Virus record (IMG/VR): IMGVR_UViG_3300001525_000313
Location: 38,923-102,922 of that record
Length of the DNA: 64,000 nt
Source of the DNA: a virus
Lineage: Duplodnaviria; Caudoviricetes
Reading direction: 5' to 3' (one strand)
The notes under the pieces were generated by a model. The model searched no databases. It was given only the letters and a program-made list of their open reading frames with translations, and was not told where the DNA came from. A program made the translations under genes and the position numbers. Positions 48,360-57,873 of the stretch are shown piece by piece. Numbering within the stretch: the stretch's first letter is position 1; each line of letters starts with the position of its first letter.

Positions 48360-49886
48360 TTACATATTAAAATCAAAATCATCTTCAGGTGTCTCAGGCT
48401 CTTCACCACCGCCAGAATTATCAGATTCAGACTCATCACTATTAGAATCGTCTTCAGGCTTTGCTAACTTATGAAGATTAAGTGAATCTATAATATCTTC
48501 ATCGTTTGATATACGATTTAATAATGCAGCAACTAATTTTGACTTATCTGAATTCTCAAATATATTTTCATCGACATTCTTAATAAGATCAAGAATTGAA
48601 GTTGTAGTTTCAATTTCAGCTTTCTGAATATCTGATAAACGTGTATCTTCGGCTGTAAGAATGCGAGGCATTTCAACAGTGAAACTTGGTGGTAGTATAT
48701 TATGAATTGAACAATACCAATATATTATGTCTCTTAAGCCAGATTTAATAATACGTTGACATCGTTTAACAGTTCTTGCATAACGAATATCCAGCTGTGT
48801 TAATGTTGTGTCACCAATTCCACCAGGTGCTTCATCAGACTGTCCTAAAAATTGTTTAGGAACTTTTAATGCACCATAATAGCGATCATCAAAATAATCA
48901 ATATCAGCAAGTGCATTTACATTGACTTCACCGCCAACTTCCTGAACTGTAACAGCACCTTGTCCATTTCGCACTGGAAAGTAAACATTGCCACCAGTTA
49001 ATATTGGTGAAGATCTTGAACTAAAAACTTCTGTACTAACATTTATTGATTGCTTTGATGAAACAGCAGTTTTTAATTCTCGAATCATTCTTGCTGTATC
49101 TTGTGAAGATGCAGAACCAACATCTACTGAGAATAATCGATAAAATGAACTACGTGTCAAACGTGCCAATATAAGCAAATCATCTAATAGCTGACGTTGT
49201 TTATAATATTGTCTTGCAGCTTCAAGGAATGACGATCCATATTGAATATAAGAATCTGAGCTTGCGTCAATATATTCTTTATTAGCACGGTCTGATATAA
49301 AGTGAATATATGATCTTTCAGGCAAAAGCTTATCTGTATTGTTAGCATCTTTATTATTGCTTACAAGATAGCCAAGTGGAACACCATATTTATAAATATG
49401 TACTACATCTTCTGGTTCAGCTATTGTAAAGTAATCACCAACTGAATATTCTTTTCTATATTCAATATTTGAATAGTTTGTATTTATATAGCATTCACCA
49501 AAAGTAACGATATTAAATGCAAGTGGATAAATAATATCGTTAATCTTAAATTTATTTTTCAAAAATGATGTCATCATTTCAGCAAAGTCTGGATTATCAG
49601 CAGACTCAACCCATGCTGATAATCCAGTATCTTGATCTATTAATGAAGCATCTTCAGATATAAGTTCAACTGCTGAAAGTGTGACACCATCTTTTAGCAT
49701 TTCACGATAGTCTTTAATCTTTGAAAGACGATCATTTGAAAGTGCTCGTAGAGAAGATATTATATTATTATCTCTATTCAAAAATATGTTTTCAAGTTTA
49801 TCATCTCTAGCATCATTAGTGTCTTTAACTACTTCTACTCGCGATGATAAACCAAACATATTTTTGAAAAATGACTTAAGACTCAT
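48360..49886 (-). CDS. Portal protein (T4 gp20-like)
   Basis: YREM..D..LSAVELISEDA, YGSSFLEAAR, LLDDLLILARLTRSSFYRLFSVDVG, YFPVRNG, DIDYFDDRYYGALKVPKQFL, DIRYARTVKR. Confidence 0.95.
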   Translation of the reverse strand: MSLKSFFKNMFGLSSRVEVVKDTNDARDDKLENIFLNRDNNIISSLRALSNDRLSKIKDYREMLKDGVTLSAVELISEDASLIDQDTGLSAWVESADNPDFAEMMTSFLKNKFKINDIIYPLAFNIVTFGECYINTNYSNIEYRKEYSVGDYFTIAEPEDVVHIYKYGVPLGYLVSNNKDANNTDKLLPERSYIHFISDRANKEYIDASSDSYIQYGSSFLEAARQYYKQRQLLDDLLILARLTRSSFYRLFSVDVGSASSQDTARMIRELKTAVSSKQSINVSTEVFSSRSSPILTGGNVYFPVRNGQGAVTVQEVGGEVNVNALADIDYFDDRYYGALKVPKQFLGQSDEAPGGIGDTTLTQLDIRYARTVKRCQRIIKSGLRDIIYWYCSIHNILPPSFTVEMPRILTAEDTRLSDIQKAEIETTTSILDLIKNVDENIFENSDKSKLVAALLNRISNDEDIIDSLNLHKLAKPEDDSNSDESESDNSGGGEEPETPEDDFDFNM

Positions 49887-49953
49887 TTATTTTACCTATA
49901 ATTTATTTAATTTAAGCATAATAAATTAATTATATATAGCATTATTGATATTA

Positions 49954-52900
49954 TCAAGAATAATTCATTACATATGCTGTTATAATTGGTGCTGATAATG
50001 GTGATTCATCAAATATCGCATTACCGGTGCTACTAGCATTAAAATTATATATAGCACGTACTGGTTTATATATGTAAGTGTTTGTAGATGAATCATATTT
50101 ATACTTAAAGTGATACATATCGCTATAGTCATAATCATACATTTGCTTAAAACCAACTATAACTCTTTCATAAGATGTACCAAAAGTTTCAGTATCATTA
50201 TTAGTGTATGTTATTTTTATATAATTATTTAGTAAACCTAATGGAAATACGTGACATTTTGGATCAGAATTTGGATTAAACAAATAGCACTGTGACTCAT
50301 AAATATTATATGGTGATATACCAAAAGTTGATATATATAAGTCTTCCCATGTATAGCCTGATGCCCTATTTTGTAAACAAGTTCTTAAATTAGTAGCATT
50401 AACTAATGAAATACTACCTGTAATAGTGTCAATGTTACTAGTCTTATTAAATATAGCTACAAAATAATTATTATGAACAGCACATATTGAAATACCATTA
50501 ATTGGCTCCCAGAAATTTTCATATGCAGGATTCCAATTATGAAATTTACTTCCTGAAAAATAATAGCTTGAATTATTATTACTTGGATCTACTTTTGCTA
50601 TTTGTGGATCAAAAGCTGTATTACCTGTATTATCACTTGGATCAGTTATATAATCTATTTTATTAGTATTTATATTGTAAAGATTATTAGGTATGTAAAG
50701 ATAGCTCACCTGAGCAGCAAACCTTCTATATGATAAGGCAGCATATGCACTGCTAACATTATAATATTTTTTCCTAACATATAATGATGCACAATTAGTT
50801 TTGCCAAGTTTTTTAAAAAGAAACTTTTGAATATCAAAAAAGCTACTATTATTAGAACTGGTTGAACCATCTTTATAGTCTGTTTTATGAAATGAAACTA
50901 TATAGTCTTGTGAGTAATCTATTAAATCTTTTACAAATAAAGCCTCTCTATCAAGCTTATTTTTATTATATGCTTCATTAGCACGAATGTAGAACTGATA
51001 TTTTAGCATATTAGTATTACCATCACTAGCATGTGTATATGGAACACTTTGATAAAAAGGATATGATATAAAAAATCTATTGTGAATATGTTTGTGTGGA
51101 CCATTATCCTGATTACTAGTGCATGTATCTTTTTTTGTAGTATCTTTAAAACAACACCGCATTGAAATTGGTATTGCATATTGCTGCCAATTTAGCTTAT
51201 GAAGTGATGCAATATCACCAGTTGAAATATTATCTGGTGTTATAATATTATGATTATTATCTTCATATGGTGTTGCAATCCACATGACTAGTACAGTTTC
51301 ACAATCTGTAAATGGTGGTCTATCATTTAAGCAATATCTTAATAAATTATATGGTATTTGAAGTGGTGGACATCCGGTGTCAGGTTTATACTCATCTGGT
51401 GGTTCATATGAAATTTTTGTATTTATACTAGAATATCCTACAGATGGTTGTCCATCTGTAGATGAATAATTAAATCCTATACCAGCATCTTTTAATAAAT
51501 TTAAAACGACTTTAGCATGTTCTATAGAATAAGTTATATTTGGATTATTTGGGTTTGTCGAAGTCCACGCAATATAGCCTACAATATTTGCAGAATCATT
51601 AGTAGGACCTGTATCTGGTATAGCATTAATTATTTTTGGTATATCTTTAATAGGTGTTATGTCAATATAGCTAGTAGTGTTATTTTTAGTATATTTTAAC
51701 TTAGTACTACTATTATGTGTATCATCATAATATAAAATTCGTCGTGTGACTTCTAAGTCAATAAAGTCATGTTTAAGGTCTTCAGCTAAATGTGAAGCTT
51801 CTTCTATAGCAAAAACTCGTGTAACAGATCTAGTTTTTGTAGAACCGTCTAATGTAAAAGTAGCTGTTGTTTGTTCTGGAGCACCATGTTTTTTAGCATC
51901 ATTAGTACTATATGAAATTTTATATCTTATAAGAGGTGTATTTGTGTCAGCATCAAAAGTTGTGGTACCGGTGCTAATTTTTTTAAAATAACCACGACTA
52001 TTGTCAGCTGGTATTATTTGTAATGTTCTGTCACCTAGATCAGTAACTAAATTAGTATTTGATATAGTTTTATATATAGCACTGCTAATATCAGGTATAA
52101 TTGGTTCATTAGGATCATAAGCAATAGCTATACTACTAGCAGTCTCTTTATAACAAATTTCACTTACAGTATATATATTGCCAGTTCTATCTTCCCAATA
52201 AGCATAGCCATAAGTACCGCTTTGGAGTCCAAATTGATGTGCCGGATAATCAAAGCTTGATTGTGTAAATACACGTCTTTCTGAATTTCCAGCAGCTGAT
52301 TTACCTTTTCCATTTTTTAATTCTTCTTTAATGCCAGCACCCAGTGGATAAGTTGATGGATCTGTTTCATAAGCTTTTTTTAATGCAGCAGTTACTTTAA
52401 ATACAAAATGTTTCCAAGTTGCAGTCATGTACCAACTACTATGAAAATGATCATGAACAATTTTATCTCGTAAATTGGCTTTGCTTATTGCTTCTTCTGG
52501 TAATGTAAAACTATAATAAAAATCACCTGAAGATATCATAAGAGAACAATATATTATTTTTCTTTCACCATTATAATTTGGTATATCACTGCTGTCAAAT
52601 TTTGTCCACCCTGTAGATGTTAAACCAACTTCTGGTGAGTGTGATATAATTAATGACATACCACCAGTCTGTGGTGGATCGTGATCCCAATAATTTCTAA
52701 GACTAAAATATTTTGGTAAATTTTTCCAATAATCCACGCACTGTTTTATAAAATCTCTACTATATGGTTGCGATGATGGACGGTTTGTTTCCCATGCAGC
52801 TTTATACATTGGAATTAAATTATTTACATTGGTTTCTTTAAGCTGATCATATGTAATTACACGTTCTGGACACTTTCTACATAAAGTTAGAACCTCGCCC

Positions 52901-53031
52901 TCTTGATCATCACCATCACTAGTTAATTGTACTGGATTTTCATCTGTACCAAAGTTATTTGACTTATTATATCCACTTAGTTTGTTATAATTAGGAAATA
53001 TAAATTTATAGTATACTTCACTTCTTTCCAT
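49954..53031 (-). CDS. Large hypothetical protein (1025 aa, Tyr/Asn/Thr-rich)
   Basis: Long ORF with no recognisable family motif. Confidence 0.6.
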   Translation of the reverse strand: MERSEVYYKFIFPNYNKLSGYNKSNNFGTDENPVQLTSDGDDQEGEVLTLCRKCPERVITYDQLKETNVNNLIPMYKAAWETNRPSSQPYSRDFIKQCVDYWKNLPKYFSLRNYWDHDPPQTGGMSLIISHSPEVGLTSTGWTKFDSSDIPNYNGERKIIYCSLMISSGDFYYSFTLPEEAISKANLRDKIVHDHFHSSWYMTATWKHFVFKVTAALKKAYETDPSTYPLGAGIKEELKNGKGKSAAGNSERRVFTQSSFDYPAHQFGLQSGTYGYAYWEDRTGNIYTVSEICYKETASSIAIAYDPNEPIIPDISSAIYKTISNTNLVTDLGDRTLQIIPADNSRGYFKKISTGTTTFDADTNTPLIRYKISYSTNDAKKHGAPEQTTATFTLDGSTKTRSVTRVFAIEEASHLAEDLKHDFIDLEVTRRILYYDDTHNSSTKLKYTKNNTTSYIDITPIKDIPKIINAIPDTGPTNDSANIVGYIAWTSTNPNNPNITYSIEHAKVVLNLLKDAGIGFNYSSTDGQPSVGYSSINTKISYEPPDEYKPDTGCPPLQIPYNLLRYCLNDRPPFTDCETVLVMWIATPYEDNNHNIITPDNISTGDIASLHKLNWQQYAIPISMRCCFKDTTKKDTCTSNQDNGPHKHIHNRFFISYPFYQSVPYTHASDGNTNMLKYQFYIRANEAYNKNKLDREALFVKDLIDYSQDYIVSFHKTDYKDGSTSSNNSSFFDIQKFLFKKLGKTNCASLYVRKKYYNVSSAYAALSYRRFAAQVSYLYIPNNLYNINTNKIDYITDPSDNTGNTAFDPQIAKVDPSNNNSSYYFSGSKFHNWNPAYENFWEPINGISICAVHNNYFVAIFNKTSNIDTITGSISLVNATNLRTCLQNRASGYTWEDLYISTFGISPYNIYESQCYLFNPNSDPKCHVFPLGLLNNYIKITYTNNDTETFGTSYERVIVGFKQMYDYDYSDMYHFKYKYDSSTNTYIYKPVRAIYNFNASSTGNAIFDESPLSAPIITAYVMNYS

Positions 53032-53059
53032 ATGTAGCTCATTTATTAAATAGTAAAAT

Positions 53060-56000
53060 TTAATCGTCTAAATTATCATCATACAATAAATCATAGTTAA
53101 AAACTTTATTAGATGTTGACCAATATGGTGATTTTGGAATATGTTGTACATAATAGCCATTTCGATATGCATTATCCCATTGATCTTTAATTTTAACTAT
53201 ATTTCTTTCTTCTGTCCATGCCTGATATTCATAATCATTGTCTATAAATTTAATTGCAAATGAACCTGATTCAAACGCAGGTGTACCAATGTGTTCAACA
53301 ACTGCAGAATCATTATCATTTACTGTAACACTAAATGATCTAGTCAAACCGCTATACCTGTTGTCACCAGTGCTACTTGATTGAATACTAACAGTACCTA
53401 AAGCATTACCATTTACATTATTATCATCTTGAGCTATAAAATAAACAGTTTGTTCATTATTCCAATTTGATGCTGTAAATGTTAATGTTATTGAATTAGT
53501 TGTTGATGATACTGAATTACCAATATATAATCTGCTGCTAATAGTAGAACTAATATTTAATGTAACAGTTGCACCAGCAACTGGTTGATGTGATAATTTA
53601 AATGTACGTGTAAAGTGTGCACCTTCTGTAATAGTCTCTGATGAAACAGAACATACAATACCAACAGTAATAGTAACCTCAGCATATTGTAATGCAGCAG
53701 TTGTATTATCTTTAAGATTATAAGTTGCACCAAAACTGTAATTTGTTGGCCCAATCTTCCAACCAGTTAAAGTATATGTCTTAGTTCTATCAGCATTATA
53801 ATATGTATTAGATAATGTTGCTAATGTAATAGTTGTTCCACTATCTCTTGTTACTGTAGATGGCCAGCTTACTGCGTTGCCTGAACTATTATATAATGTA
53901 AGTTCTGCTGGTTTTGTATATGTTAATGTAACAGCGGCTTCTGTAAATTCAAGCTGTGCTGTAGCATCAGTTTCATTAAATATATAATCGTAACCAAAGC
54001 TACGGCTATCTGATCCAATCTTCCAACCAGTAGGCTCATATTTAATTCCAGTATTGGTATCAATATATTTACCACCTGTAACTGATGGTAAATTCCAATG
54101 AGTACCTTCTATAGCGGTTACTTTTGGTGGCAATGTAATATTGCCTTGATATGTGCCTTTTTTAAATTCAAGTGAATCTATAACTGGTAATTCATTAGAT
54201 TTTTTACTATAGCACTTCTGATTTTCTAATGCAGTAAATGCAGCATATAATGAATGATTTGTAAACCAATTTATAGTTTTAACTGGTTCACCTAAATAAT
54301 ATGTGTCTTCTACTATAGTATATAGTTCATTGCTATCACTCTGTATTGGTATATTATTACTAATTTTATCATTAATATTATTAATGTCAGGACCAAAAGC
54401 AACAATCATAGCATTATTATCGCTTGTTGCATTATATGCAGAATTAATCTCAAATTCTGGTTTATAATTATATACATCAAATCTAAACTGATTTGGAGTT
54501 CTTGGAGTAACTGAACCTGTAGCATCAACAATTTTAACCTGCTTGTATCTATGGGATGAACTACTTACAGATACTAAAGTATTATCTCTAATAGGTGGTA
54601 TATCTACATATGAATTCTGTGGACTATGCCAATTAGCTGAGGCGTGATTAGCAAAATCATATGCCCAGAAGAAGTCTGATGTTATACTGTCATTTTCACA
54701 GTATTTCATGCAGCCAATTAGTGGTCTCAAGTCTTGATGTAAACCATATAATGTATTATCATTATAATTATTATATATATAATAAATATCATATAATTTT
54801 AGATTTCCATTATTATATAATGTATTAATTATATTACATTTAAATGTTACATCATATTCTGGATCAACAATGTATTGAATTTCAAGATCTTTATCAGTAT
54901 ATAAATATATACAATAATTAAGTTTAAATGTATTATAAGTATTATTAATTCCTGATGATATAGTGGCAATATCACTTACAACTAATTTATAAATAATATT
55001 AAATAATAACTCATCTTTATCTTCACCAAGATCATGATCACCACTTAGTGCAGCAATATTATTAAGTGTAAAATAATGTGTATCATTATATAAATGAGTA
55101 AGTATACCAATATACTGATCTAATATATTATTCGTATTATTAGAGATTATTTTTAGTAATTGTATAAATAACTGCTTATTATATTCACCAGTAAATATTT
55201 TATCTATGCAAATATTTCTTTTTTCATTATCACTAATATCGCAAATAAGCTGAAGTGAAATATCATGACTATCATATAATAGTTTAACTATTTCAGCATA
55301 TAGTGTACTTGCATCACCAGTATCTTGATAAAAATTCAACAGTTTATTAAGATTTTCTGTAGGTGTATTTTCATTAAATGGTATATATGACTTTCTATAT
55401 AAAAATGCAATTATACGTTTGCACATTTTTTCAAAAAAATTAGTTAAGTGTTCTTTATATATTGGTGGATCTGCATCTGATGGATCATTATATTTTTGTA
55501 ATAATAAATTGAATAAACTTGTTTTGTTCTCGTCTTCTATATATTTTATTACATATTTTGTATCTTCAGCTGGATCACCCCATTCATACTCATTTATATA
55601 GTAATTATATATTTTCTCAGTAGTAACAAGTGCAATTAAAATTTTATTAATCTTTTTATTAGCTTTTTCATGAAAATATTTAGCTAATAAATTGTTAATA
55701 AAATCATCATTAACTTGGCCAGCTAGTAATAGTGGTAAAAGATCTGTATCTGGTGATTCTAATGCCACATCAAATGCTGTTAAATCATCGCCATTCTTTA
55801 TAAAAATTTGATCTGAATTACCATCTGAATCTATATTATTTATATCATTAAAATTACTACAATTATCACGAATATGTACTACAGATTCATGACAATCAGC
55901 AACACAAGCTAATAAAATTAGTGTATTTCCATTATCATCTCTAATGCTATTTAAATTACGTTTATCAGCATCAGATGTTGCTTTTGGAATAAGTTTAATT

Positions 56001-56587
56001 AAAATATCTGCTTTTGGTAAAGCAGCGGCGGCTAGCCAATCAGCATCTGTGTCTTCACATGCTTTATATTTAAGTGGAATATTTTCATATTTTTCTGATA
56101 ATTTTTGTATTTTATTATATTTGTATTCTTCTTTTGTATAATCATTCCACAATGGAACTGATGTGTACATAACATATTTTTCAGCATTAATAGGATCACC
56201 ATAATGATCTAACTTTGGTATAGGGTTGCCATCTTCATCTTTTAAAATATACTCATAATATTGAGATCTAAGTACATCTACAGCGTCAGCATTCATTGCA
56301 AGACATGCAACACCAATTGGTGATCTACCTTTGCTTATATCATTTTCAATGTCAATATATAAATGATCTAAATCATTATTGGTTTTATGATTATTAAAAG
56401 TATATAATTCCATTATATGGGCTATACATTCTAAAGGTGCACTATTTAATATAGCAGCACCTAATGGTGTATATCCATCGGCGTCTTTTGTACCTATAGT
56501 ATATTTTGGCCACCATTCATCAATGACTTCTATTGATGCAAAGTCTTCTGGTGTAAATTTGTTATTTTCAACGCTATCATAAGCCAT
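53060..56587 (-). CDS. Ankyrin-repeat protein with C-terminal InlB-B/Listeria-Bacteroides-like repeats and a Calx-beta/Ig-like domain
   Basis: DADGYTPLGAAI, KGRSPIGVACL, DDNGNTLILLAC, NGDDLTAFDVAL; two Y..TGWKIG...SFG..Y repeats; EG.HFT.TFKLSHQP...LTFTASNWNNEQTV..AQDD...VTVNDND. Confidence 0.7.
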   Translation of the reverse strand: MAYDSVENNKFTPEDFASIEVIDEWWPKYTIGTKDADGYTPLGAAILNSAPLECIAHIMELYTFNNHKTNNDLDHLYIDIENDISKGRSPIGVACLAMNADAVDVLRSQYYEYILKDEDGNPIPKLDHYGDPINAEKYVMYTSVPLWNDYTKEEYKYNKIQKLSEKYENIPLKYKACEDTDADWLAAAALPKADILIKLIPKATSDADKRNLNSIRDDNGNTLILLACVADCHESVVHIRDNCSNFNDINNIDSDGNSDQIFIKNGDDLTAFDVALESPDTDLLPLLLAGQVNDDFINNLLAKYFHEKANKKINKILIALVTTEKIYNYYINEYEWGDPAEDTKYVIKYIEDENKTSLFNLLLQKYNDPSDADPPIYKEHLTNFFEKMCKRIIAFLYRKSYIPFNENTPTENLNKLLNFYQDTGDASTLYAEIVKLLYDSHDISLQLICDISDNEKRNICIDKIFTGEYNKQLFIQLLKIISNNTNNILDQYIGILTHLYNDTHYFTLNNIAALSGDHDLGEDKDELLFNIIYKLVVSDIATISSGINNTYNTFKLNYCIYLYTDKDLEIQYIVDPEYDVTFKCNIINTLYNNGNLKLYDIYYIYNNYNDNTLYGLHQDLRPLIGCMKYCENDSITSDFFWAYDFANHASANWHSPQNSYVDIPPIRDNTLVSVSSSSHRYKQVKIVDATGSVTPRTPNQFRFDVYNYKPEFEINSAYNATSDNNAMIVAFGPDINNINDKISNNIPIQSDSNELYTIVEDTYYLGEPVKTINWFTNHSLYAAFTALENQKCYSKKSNELPVIDSLEFKKGTYQGNITLPPKVTAIEGTHWNLPSVTGGKYIDTNTGIKYEPTGWKIGSDSRSFGYDYIFNETDATAQLEFTEAAVTLTYTKPAELTLYNSSGNAVSWPSTVTRDSGTTITLATLSNTYYNADRTKTYTLTGWKIGPTNYSFGATYNLKDNTTAALQYAEVTITVGIVCSVSSETITEGAHFTRTFKLSHQPVAGATVTLNISSTISSRLYIGNSVSSTTNSITLTFTASNWNNEQTVYFIAQDDNNVNGNALGTVSIQSSSTGDNRYSGLTRSFSVTVNDNDSAVVEHIGTPAFESGSFAIKFIDNDYEYQAWTEERNIVKIKDQWDNAYRNGYYVQHIPKSPYWSTSNKVFNYDLLYDDNLDD

Positions 56588-56611
56588 AAGCTGACCTCGT
56601 TATATAATAGT

Positions 56612-56649
56612 AATCCCTATATAGATAATTGATAATCTATATAGGGATT
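56612..56649 (-). terminator. Inverted repeat with 15-bp arms after recA
   Basis: AATCCCTATATAGAT-AATTGATA-ATCTATATAGGGATT. Confidence 0.65.
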
Positions 56650-56669
56650 TACATTATATTTTATTTTTA

Positions 56670-57797
56670 TTATTCATCAGATGAGTCGCCTTGCTCTTCA
56701 ACATCATCTGGATCATATACAGCATCTTCTGCTAACTCAGCAGCTGAGTCTACAACTTCGTCTTCTTCATTTGGAATAAGAGCAATTCCACCTAAACTAT
56801 CAGCTACTTCAGCAAAGTATTCAAAGTGATCTCTAATAAATACTTCAAGATCATCTTTAGGAACAAGAACATCTTCACCTTGATATTTAACATTCCAACC
56901 TTTACGTAGAACTCGTTCAACAACATGATGATATTCAAGCACCTGACGAATAGCACCAGCATTCGAAATGCCTTTACCAAAATGTATTGAAATTACCTTT
57001 TTTAACATTGGACGTGCATATCTGTTTTTATCAGTCCAAATTGCAAGATCAGCTCCATAAGGTACAGGCTTTTCATAACCCTCTAATGTTTGTTCAAGCA
57101 TTTTTACTTTTTTAAGCATAACTCGAACATCCATATAATAACCAAGTGCCTGACCACCAGCTTGTGCTAATTTTGTTACTTGTCCATAACCCATTGCAAT
57201 CTTTGTTCTTAGCTGATTTACAAATATTACTGTTTTATTTGAATTCTTAAATCTTGCTTTGAACTTCTGCATAAAGTTTGACTGAGCACGAGCAGCAACG
57301 CCAGGTTCATTCATTTCATCTACATTCTTTTCAGTTAATCTTGCTGGAACTGTTGCTGTAATGCTGTCATAAATAATAAGTGCTACATCAGGATCGTTAA
57401 TTACTTTACAAAGAAAATCATCAACTTCACCATAAGTTTGTAAACGAACAGGAATGAACAACATATCATCTACATATTGTCTCATCCCAAAACAATCGAT
57501 CTGATTTCCATTTAAACCTGATTCAGTGTCAATATAAATTACTCGTTTACCCTGTGAACAATATTTCTTTGAAATATGTAAACACATTGTGGATTTACCA
57601 CAACCAGATTCAGATGCAATTTCAATAAATGTACCTTCAGGAATTCCACGACCATTTGATACAATAGAGTCAAAGATAATGCTTCCACTAGGCCAAAATG
57701 TTTCTTCTTTTGTAGTTAAATCCATCAACTCAGAATATAGTGAAGTAAAATCTGATTTCTTTGATTTAGTGGTTTTTTCTTCTTTAGCTTTTGCCAT
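56670..57797 (-). CDS. recA: RecA/UvsX-like recombinase
   Basis: GRGIPEGTFIEIASESGCGKST, YIDTESG, IIYDSIT, IFVNQLRTKI, AGGQALGYY; the ATG at 57797 follows GGAG. Confidence 0.93.
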   Translation of the reverse strand: MAKAKEEKTTKSKKSDFTSLYSELMDLTTKEETFWPSGSIIFDSIVSNGRGIPEGTFIEIASESGCGKSTMCLHISKKYCSQGKRVIYIDTESGLNGNQIDCFGMRQYVDDMLFIPVRLQTYGEVDDFLCKVINDPDVALIIYDSITATVPARLTEKNVDEMNEPGVAARAQSNFMQKFKARFKNSNKTVIFVNQLRTKIAMGYGQVTKLAQAGGQALGYYMDVRVMLKKVKMLEQTLEGYEKPVPYGADLAIWTDKNRYARPMLKKVISIHFGKGISNAGAIRQVLEYHHVVERVLRKGWNVKYQGEDVLVPKDDLEVFIRDHFEYFAEVADSLGGIALIPNEEDEVVDSAAELAEDAVYDPDDVEEQGDSSDE

Positions 57798-57873
57798 ACT
57801 TATATGCTCCAATAAACAAATTTACTCGCAAAGTCTATATGTATTATATACGTCTATAATGTGCTATAGTGAA

